Below, one piece after another: positions 56,188 to 64,000 of a stretch of 64,000 bases of DNA. Every line of letters begins with the position of its first letter. Within the stretch, counting starts at the first letter, position 1. The DNA is taken from NCBI GenBank assembly GCA_043228905.1, contig JBHGNT010000098.1:27695-91694 (forward strand), read 5' to 3'. Made by a program: the position numbers and the translations under genes. The DNA comes from Azolla caroliniana. Lineage: Eukaryota > Plantae > Polypodiophyta. A model generated the notes under the pieces. It did no database searches. It saw only the letters and a program-made list of their open reading frames with translations, and was not told the DNA's origin.

Positions 56188-59100
56188 TGTTGTAAACGGT
56201 GCTCGGCCACAACCGAGGAATAGGATCAACTCACAGAAAATGGGAAATACAAAGTACACGAAGACAATAGAGAGAAGAGTACACAGGATATTTTACGTGG
56301 AAAACCCTAAATGGGAAAAACCACGGGAGTCCTCAAACTCCAACTATCACTATGAACAGAGATGTACAATGGTGAAGCTTCAAGGCAACGACCTTGAGCT
56401 CGCTGTCTTCGCCACAGGCGGCGGCAATACACAGAGGCAACGACCTCTTCGTCTCTCTCTGGCTCTCTCTCTCTCTCGGCTGCTCTCTTCACTCTCTCTA
56501 AGTGAAAACAGAAAAATAAGCAACAACAACAAATTGTTTGCCCTAAGTCATATTTATACACATATGACTTTCGGGCTATTTACAAATATAGCCTCAAGGG
56601 CTCTTGGCAAACATATTCACAAATATGTCCCCGCATCCGGATCTCTCTCCGGGTACATTCATCATCCGGCTCCGTAGCCGGGTCTTCGTCATCCGGATCC
56701 GTATCCGGGTACTTCATCATCCGGCTCCGTAGCCGGGTCTTCGTCATCCGGATCCGTATCCGGGTACTTCATCATCCGGATCCGTATCCGGGTACTCTTC
56801 ATCCGGCTTCATACCGGGTATTCTTCATCATCCGGTTCCGTAACCGCAACCGGGCTTGCCGTCATTCATCTCCGGACATCCCATCCGGAGGGACCGAAAT
56901 CCCAACAAACTCCCCCTTCACTTCGGCATGGGATGTCTCTCCAATCCGATCCTCTTCCGGCATGCTTCCAGCTTGTCGGGTGTGAGCACCTTGGTTAGCA
57001 TATCCGACCCGTTCTCGTCTGTGTGGATCTTCGTCAGCACGAACTCCTCGTCTTCTATCCTTTCCCGGATCCAGTGATGTCTGCGCTGGATGTGCTTCGT
57101 CCGGGAGTGATAGGCCGCATTCTTCGCAAGGTGGATGGCACTCTGACTGTCGCAGTAGAGCCGGTACTCCTCCTGCCGGATACCGAGCTCTCTAATGAAG
57201 TCCTTCATCCAAATTATTTCCTTGCCGGCTTCAACAGCCGCCATGTACTCCGCCTCCGTGGTTGACAACGCAACCGTCTTCTGCAACCTCGACTGCCACG
57301 AAACAGCTCCCCCTGCATATGTCATTACATACCCTGATGTAGACCGGCTGGTATCCGCATCAGCCGACATGTCCGAATCGGTAAATCCATCGAGTTCGGG
57401 CTTACCGGAGCCGAATCGGAGACACATGTTCGAAGTGCCCTTTAAGTATCGGAGTATCCATTTGACCGCGTTCCAGTGCTCTTTGCCGGGATTGCTCATG
57501 TACCGGCTCACCACTCCGACTGCATATCCTATGTCCGGTCTTGTACACACCATTGCGTACATCAAGCTTCCGACGGCAGAGGCATATGGTACTTTCATCA
57601 TGTCCTCCTTCTCAGCCTTTGTCTTGGGGCTTTGCTTGCTGGACAACTTGCAGTTTGCCGGGAGGGTTGATCCGACCGGTCTTGCTTCCGACATGTTGAA
57701 CCGGTGAAGCACCTTTGTCACGTACTTCTCCTGTGACAACCACAACTGCTTCTTCTTCCGGTCCCGGATGATGTGCATCCCTAGTATTTGCCTCGCCGGA
57801 CCCAGGTCCTTCATTGAGAAGGTTCGGTGAAGTGCTTTCTTCAGCGTCCGTATCTTGACCTGGTCCCGTCCGACGATCAACATGTCGTCCACGTACAGGA
57901 GGAGTATTAGAGAGTCTCCTCCGTCGAACTTCTTCACAAACACGCAGTGATCGGACTGCGTTTTGTGGTACCCTTCATCGGTCATGAAGGAGTCAAACTT
58001 TCGGTACCACTGCCGGGGAGCCTGCTTCAAACCATAAAGGCTCTTCTTCAACCGGCATACCAAGTGCTCCTTCTCTTTCTTCTCGAATCCTTCCGGTTGC
58101 TGCATGTATATCTCTTCTTCGAGGTCACCGTGAAGGAATGCCGTCTTCACGTCCATCTGTTCTATCTCGAGGTCCATGCTTGCCGCTATGCTCAGCACCG
58201 TCCGGATGGAGGTCATCTTCACTACCGGGGCAAATATCTCGTCGAAGTCGACGCCCTTCTTCTGCTGGAACCCCTTCACCACGATCCTGGCTTTGTATCT
58301 CGGGGGGTCTCCGGCATCTCCCGGTTTCAGCTTGAACACCCACTTGTTACGGAGTGCCTGTTTTCCTTTCGGCAATTCAACAAGTTCATATGTGTGGTTC
58401 TCATGCAAGGAATCCATCTCCTCCTGCATGGCACTTAACCACCTGCGGCTATGGGTGTCATGCTTCGCTTCTTCAAAGCTCTCCGGCTCCCCCTCGTCGG
58501 TTAGCAGCACGTGCTCTGGTTCCGGAAATCTCCGGGGAGCCCTTCTCTCTCTTAGAGGATATCTCCGTTCCGGAGCTTCGGTAACCGGTTCTTCCGATTC
58601 TTCTTCATCCGAATCCATTTCGGGATCGGGGCCGGTTCCGGTATCATTTTCATCTTCTTCGGCTGGTTCTGTTTCTTCACCGTCTTCGGCCGGATCTTCG
58701 AGTGTTAACCGGTCCCTTGCCGGTCGGGACTGCTCCTCGTAGAGTTGATCCTCACCGGTCGACTTGGAGCTCTTCATCTTCTTCTCCGACTCCCAGTCGG
58801 CGAGTGTCTTGTCCTCCATGAAGATGATGTCTCGACTCCTGAATATCTTCTTGTCGACCGGGTCCCATACTCGGTAGCCGAACTCGTCGTCGCCGTAACC
58901 GAGGAATATGCATGGCCGGGTCTTTGGATCTAGCTTTCCTCTCCGGTCCTTTGCCACATGCACGAATGCGAGACACCCGAACACCTTCAGATGCCGGTAG
59001 GACACTTCCCTACCGGTCCACACTCTCTGCGGCGTGTCTCCGTCCAAAGGTACTGAGGGTGATCTGTTAATCACGTATGTCGCCGTCGACATTGCCTCAG

Positions 59101-61742
59101 CCCAAAACCCCTTGGGTAATTTCGCATGCGCCAGCATACTCCGGACCCTCTCCATTATGGTCCGGTTCATCCTCTCGGCCAGCCCGTTTAGTTCCGGCGT
59201 CTTCGGCACAGTAAACTCGAGCCGGATTCCCTTTGAGCGACAGTACTCCTGGAACTGCCCCCGGTATTCCCCTCCGTTATCCGCTCGTATCGCTTTCAGC
59301 TTCTTGCCGGATTCCCTTTCCACTCTCGCGTGGAGTTCTTTGAAGACGGACAACACTTGGTCCTTTGTCTTCACCGGCGCCGTCCACAGCTTCCGGCTGT
59401 GATCATCAATGAAAGTCACGAAGTACTGGGCTCCGCCATGTGACTTCGTTTCTACCTGACACACATCCGTGTGCACCAACTCCAATGGTGCGCTACGTCT
59501 CGTCGGTGGCCTTGAGTGGAAGGAGGTTCGGTTCTGCTTACCGGCCAGGCAATCGGTGCACTTCTCCAGGTGCACATGCTTCACTGGAATAAGGTTGTCC
59601 TCTGCAAGCCTCTTCATCCCCTTCTCACTCATGTGGCACAGTCTCTTGTGCCACAGCTCACCGGCAGTGTCGGCTGCCACGTTCAGCTCCTCCGGACATA
59701 GCCGGGAATTCATCAGGTACAGTGTGTTGACCTTCCGGGCCCGAGCCACTATCAGGCTCCCCTTGCTGAACTTCATGACACCGTTCCGGATGCTACCCGT
59801 GTAGCCTTCATCATCTAGCCTCCCGGCCGAGATCAGGTTCAATCGGACCTCCGGAACGTGTCGCACATCCTTCAGCAGCATCTTGCATCCGGTTGATGTC
59901 ATCAGCCACACGTCTCCTATGCCGGCAATCCGGCATGTGCCTTCATTTCCCATCCGGACACAGCCGTGCTCACCGGTTGCGTAGGATGAGAAGTATTTCT
60001 TCTCCGGGGTCAGGTGGAACGACGCTCCGGAATCAACCACCCAGGTCGTCTCTACACCGGCAAGGTTCAGCTCCCTCTCTTCGGTAATGAGCATGATTTC
60101 TTCTTCACTTGCCGCGAGTGCCGTCGTTCCTTTCCGGTCCTGCCCTCGCCGATCCGGACCTCTCCGGTCCGTGGCTCCCCGGTATGCACCGTTTCTCTCC
60201 GGTGACTTCTTCGAATTGGTGTCGTCGGCTCCGTTGTCCTTTCGGTAATGCCGACAATTCTTCCGGATGTGCCCTGGCTTCCCACAGTGGAAGCATGTGG
60301 GTCTTCCTCTTGACTGCGATCGGGTCCCTGACTTCTCCCGTCTTTGCGGACTCCGGTTCCATTGTCTTCCCCGTTCCGATTCGGTAAGCAGCGCCTTCGA
60401 GTCGGAGGCCGGTTCTTTATCTCTCCGACGCGCTTCTTCGTTCAAAATACTTGTCTTTACCGTTTGTAGGGACAAGTTATCTTCGGTGCAGGAGGTGCTG
60501 AGAGTCACCACCAAGTTCTCCCAGCTGTCCGGCAATGTACACATCAGGATGATGGCTTGCATTGCATCCTCCAACGGGAACTTGATCGCCGCAAGCTGGT
60601 TCACGAATCCCATGAACGTGCTTACGTGTTCCACCATATTCTCGCCGTCCCGGTACTTGAGGTTCACTATCTTCCTCATCAGGGAGGTCCGGTTCAACGC
60701 ATTCTTCCTCTCATAGAGGCCCGACAGCTTCTTCCACATCTCATAGGCGTTCGTATCGTTCGCCACATGTTGCAGGACACTTACATCGACATATTGCCGG
60801 ATCGTCGCTACGGCTTTCCGGTTCAGGAGCTTCCACTCCGACTCTATTACCCCCTTGGGTATCTCGGCATTGTCGATCGGTTCGTACAGGTCTCGGACGA
60901 TGAGAAGGTCTTCCATCTTTATCTTCCAGTCGGCGTAGTTCTGTGAGTTCAACACCATCATGCCCGGAGGCCCACTACCGCCGCCTTCCATTTTCTGTGT
61001 TACCGTCGCTCTGATACCACTTTGTTGTAAACGGTGCTCGGCCACAACCGAGGAATAGGATCAACTCACAGAAAATGGGAAATACAAAGTACACGAAGAC
61101 AATAGAGAGAAGAGTACACAGGATATTTTACGTGGAAAACCCTAAATGGGAAAAACCACGGGAGTCCTCAAACTCCAACTATCACTATGAACAGAGATGT
61201 ACAATGGTGAAGCTTCAAGGCAACGACCTTGAGCTCGCTGTCTTCGCCACAGGCGGCGGCAATACACAGAGGCAACGACCTCTTCGTCTCTCTCTGGCTC
61301 TCTCTCTCTCTCGGCTGCTCTCTTCACTCTCTCTAAGTGAAAACAGAAAAATAAGCAACAACAACAAATTGTTTGCCCTAAGTCATATTTATACACATAT
61401 GACTTTCGGGCTATTTACAAATATAGCCTCAAGGGCTCTTGGCAAACATATTCACAAATATGTCCCCGCATCCGGATCTCTCTCCGGGTACATTCATCAT
61501 CCGGCTCCGTAGCCGGGTCTTCGTCATCCGGATCCGTATCCGGGTACTTCATCATCCGGCTCCGTAGCCGGGTCTTCGTCATCCGGATCCGTATCCGGGT
61601 ACTTCATCATCCGGATCCGTATCCGGGTACTCTTCATCCGGCTTCATACCGGGTATTCTTCATCATCCGGTTCCGTAACCGCAACCGGGCTTGCCGTCAT
61701 TCATCTCCGGACATCCCATCCGGAGGGACCGAAATCCCAACA
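56188..61742 (-). mobile_element. Ty1/Copia (Tork/Tnt1-like) element D, intact, LTRs identical by eye
   Basis: 720-bp LTRs 56188-56907 and 61023-61742; TSD CGAGG; iMet PBS 61008-61019; PPT. Confidence 0.97.
56918..60991 (-). CDS. Intact Copia gag-pol polyprotein (1357 aa)
   Basis: Uninterrupted ORF with all Copia domains. Confidence 0.96.
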   Translation of the reverse strand: MEGGGSGPPGMMVLNSQNYADWKIKMEDLLIVRDLYEPIDNAEIPKGVIESEWKLLNRKAVATIRQYVDVSVLQHVANDTNAYEMWKKLSGLYERKNALNRTSLMRKIVNLKYRDGENMVEHVSTFMGFVNQLAAIKFPLEDAMQAIILMCTLPDSWENLVVTLSTSCTEDNLSLQTVKTSILNEEARRRDKEPASDSKALLTESERGRQWNRSPQRREKSGTRSQSRGRPTCFHCGKPGHIRKNCRHYRKDNGADDTNSKKSPERNGAYRGATDRRGPDRRGQDRKGTTALAASEEEIMLITEERELNLAGVETTWVVDSGASFHLTPEKKYFSSYATGEHGCVRMGNEGTCRIAGIGDVWLMTSTGCKMLLKDVRHVPEVRLNLISAGRLDDEGYTGSIRNGVMKFSKGSLIVARARKVNTLYLMNSRLCPEELNVAADTAGELWHKRLCHMSEKGMKRLAEDNLIPVKHVHLEKCTDCLAGKQNRTSFHSRPPTRRSAPLELVHTDVCQVETKSHGGAQYFVTFIDDHSRKLWTAPVKTKDQVLSVFKELHARVERESGKKLKAIRADNGGEYRGQFQEYCRSKGIRLEFTVPKTPELNGLAERMNRTIMERVRSMLAHAKLPKGFWAEAMSTATYVINRSPSVPLDGDTPQRVWTGREVSYRHLKVFGCLAFVHVAKDRRGKLDPKTRPCIFLGYGDDEFGYRVWDPVDKKIFRSRDIIFMEDKTLADWESEKKMKSSKSTGEDQLYEEQSRPARDRLTLEDPAEDGEETEPAEEDENDTGTGPDPEMDSDEEESEEPVTEAPERRYPLRERRAPRRFPEPEHVLLTDEGEPESFEEAKHDTHSRRWLSAMQEEMDSLHENHTYELVELPKGKQALRNKWVFKLKPGDAGDPPRYKARIVVKGFQQKKGVDFDEIFAPVVKMTSIRTVLSIAASMDLEIEQMDVKTAFLHGDLEEEIYMQQPEGFEKKEKEHLVCRLKKSLYGLKQAPRQWYRKFDSFMTDEGYHKTQSDHCVFVKKFDGGDSLILLLYVDDMLIVGRDQVKIRTLKKALHRTFSMKDLGPARQILGMHIIRDRKKKQLWLSQEKYVTKVLHRFNMSEARPVGSTLPANCKLSSKQSPKTKAEKEDMMKVPYASAVGSLMYAMVCTRPDIGYAVGVVSRYMSNPGKEHWNAVKWILRYLKGTSNMCLRFGSGKPELDGFTDSDMSADADTSRSTSGYVMTYAGGAVSWQSRLQKTVALSTTEAEYMAAVEAGKEIIWMKDFIRELGIRQEEYRLYCDSQSAIHLAKNAAYHSRTKHIQRRHHWIRERIEDEEFVLTKIHTDENGSDMLTKVLTPDKLEACRKRIGLERHPMPK

Positions 61743-62180
61743 CGAGGAACACCCCGTAATAGCCCGCTTGGCCCTTCCCGTCTTCGTGCTGCCGCGATAG
61801 GTCCTGAGTCTTCCACTTGCCGTCGTCCCCCTCGCCCCACCAGCTTGTCACCCCGGGCTTGCCATGTCAGTCTTCGCTACTTCAACGGAGCTACCGAGAT
61901 CTACGAAACGAGTGTGGAGGATCCTCCTCCGGCCTCTCTTGCCATTCCCTGACTCCGACCCTGTGCAGTCCACTAGGCACTTGCCACCTTGTTCCCGGCA
62001 CCTCTCTTGTGCCGTCTTCCGCTTTCTTCGTTCGGCCCCGCCCGCGCCGAACACCGTCCCGTAGTCATGCTTCGATCCGGCCCGCGATGGCCACTTGCGA
62101 GACCCTTGTTCTGTCCTAGGTGTGCCTTTCCGGCATGACACACCTCCCCGTGTTTCCCTTACCGGCTCCTTCCGAAACCT

Positions 62181-62710
62181 CGTGTCGTCGGGTCCCGTTC
62201 CCTACCACCACCGTCCTTCTCCCTCGGTCTCACGTTGCCACGTTGGCCGAACTGCCAGAGTCTCCGGATCCGTGTGAGGGTCCCATAGGACTGGACTCCG
62301 TTTCTATGCTTGCCGTAATTCGGGTGGCTTTTATTTGAGCCCCTCCCTGACTCTCCTCATGTCTTCCGTGTCGTCGGGTCCCGTTTCCCACCGCCACCAA
62401 CCTTCTCTCTCGGTCTCATGTTGCCACGTTGGCCGAACCGCCGGAGTCTCCGGTTAAGTGTGGGGATCCCGTAGGACCGGACTTCCTTACGCTTATTGCC
62501 TTCGTCACCTCGCCGCCACCGTCAGTATCTTGGTCTTACGTCAACTGCGTTGCCGACTGCCGAAGTCTCTAGAACCGGTGTGAAGGATCCTCCGTAGACC
62601 GTCGATCCGTAGCCCCTTTGCCTTCGTCACCTCGCCGCCACCGTCAGTATCTTGGTCTTACGTCGACCGCGTTGCCGACTGCCGAGGTCTCTAGAACCGG
62701 TGTGACGGAT
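62181..62710. repeat. Degenerate GC-rich repeat array (two pairs of related units)
   Basis: cgtgtcgtcgggtcccgtt... at 62181 and 62367; ttgccttcgtcacctcgccgccaccgtcagtatc... near 62497 and 62618. Confidence 0.75.
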
Positions 62711-63792
62711 CCTCCTTGGGCCGCCGATTTGCTTTCCTGACCCTGTCCCGGATCGTCCTTTTCCGCATGCCGAGAGGGCGGTTTACTCCGCACCCTCTCC
62801 CGTGGTACCGACGTACCGTGTCCTCGGCCTCTTCGTAGGCCTGCTCTCTTCCTCCCTCCCGAAATGGTCATCCAGGAGTCCGCTCCGCCCGGTTCTCGTC
62901 CGGGTCCGTTCGTCCTTCTCCGGATTTCCGAGTCCCGTTCTCCTGTCGCCATCGATCTCTCTTATAGGACTCACGCCGGCACTCGGGCCTGCAGCCTGGT
63001 CGGTGTAAGGAATCCCATAGGACCGGCTTTCATTCTCGTTCCTAAACTCGAGCTTCGCCCGATCCGTCTTTCTCCCCATGTAAAAGAGGGCGGCTCGTCC
63101 CGCACCCTCTCCCGTATCGGCAGTTTCATGCCGAATCCGGCCCCGATCGATCCATCCATGACCGGATTACGCTCCACCCGTATCCGAATGCCGATTTTCC
63201 CGTGCCGCGTCCGTCCTCGGCTTCCTCACAGGCCGATTCCCATCCGTCTTCGCTGGCATCGTGCCAAGACTCCTCGGTACCGCCATCGATCTCCGATATC
63301 TTACATAGGCATACGGGCCCGAATGCCGAGTTCTCCGGAATCAGGTTTTCTTCACGACACCGGGTGTGGAGCTGCCTCCGCGACCCTGATGTAGCCATCC
63401 AGGCGTTTCTCCGCGAACCATCGACGCAAGGCGGTAGAGATAAATATCGGCATAGTCAGAGTAGGCTTGTGGGGTGAGGATTGTTGGTTGCGGTGGGCTT
63501 GAGCTCTATGATAGGATGGAGAGGGAGGTGAGGAAGGGGAGCGATGAGAGCGCTGAGAGTTAGGAGGTGGATTTCTGTATTGTGCAGAAAACCTTCTATT
63601 TCCTTCTTTTTGTGGCCTAGGGTTCATTGGGCGGTGAGCCATCGTGGTGCCGCGTGTTCTTGGTCTAGAAGTATGTGCATGCATTAAGTCCTTTTCTAAA
63701 TAGCGTCGCTATCTTCTCCCTTTTTTTTTTTTTTTCCATAACGGTTACATACACGCCTATTTTTACACTATGACACAAGTAGGGCCGGCTAC

Positions 63793-64000
63793 TTACTCCG
63801 CGGATTCTCCGACTTTGTCCTGTCCGGCGGGGAATGGGTTAGGTGGCATAGGTCCCATATAAGGTTTAAGGCGAAACCCATTCACTTTTTGTCGTAGTAC
63901 TTCCCCAGCCAGTGTGCCTAGTTGAAACGTGTCTTGTTCGGCTCTGACTATCCAGTACCGGCCTGTCCAGCAGAATCGTAACTTTCCTGGCATATGCCCG
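63793..64000 (-). CDS. C-terminus of Gypsy integrase (GPY/F region, no chromodomain), partial at window edge
   Basis: PGKLRFCWTGRYWI...VNGFRLKPY, typical of Athila/Tat-type integrase ends. Confidence 0.8.
   Translation of the reverse strand, partial: GHMPGKLRFCWTGRYWIVRAEQDTFQLGTLAGEVLRQKVNGFRLKPYMGPMPPNPFPAGQDKVGESAE

Larger units (their letters stand above)
43614..64000 (-). mobile_element. Non-chromovirus Ty3/Gypsy element with 3' extra ORF; 3' LTR 43614-44062, pol continues beyond the window; hosts nested insertions
   Basis: LTR TGTTACC...GGACAACA with minus-strand TATATAAAGGG. Extra ORF homologous to 944-2128. Integrase C-terminus at 63793-63993 on the same strand. Linking both ends into one element is inferred. 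Confidence 0.7.

Overview
Eukaryotic land-plant DNA; the retroelement mix (Tcn1-like chromoviruses, a Ylt1/fungal-type Gypsy) suggests a non-seed plant such as a fern, lycophyte or bryophyte, which is inference. There is one intact host gene, a 12-exon SLC26/SulP sulfate transporter (24468-28222, +, 668 aa), in a lower-TE island. On either side are deep stacks of nested LTR retrotransposons: Tork/Tnt1-like Copia elements (two with intact 1357-aa polyproteins), self-priming chromoviruses, a Ylt1-like Gypsy and two non-chromovirus Gypsy elements carrying a coiled-coil extra ORF. Top finding: both extra-ORF Gypsy elements lack a polypurine tract. In its place, 2 nt from the 3' LTR, each carries a copy of the tRNA-Arg(UCU) 3' end plus the T-arm 5' strand, separated by a covarying hairpin. 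This reads as a second, opposite-strand primer-binding site and suggests tRNA priming of both cDNA strands. Second finding: all four chromovirus LTR copies carry an outward-facing, antisense tRNA-like A/B-box cassette at the U3 edge. tRNA identities and lineage names come from recall of plant tRNA and TE families, not from a database search.
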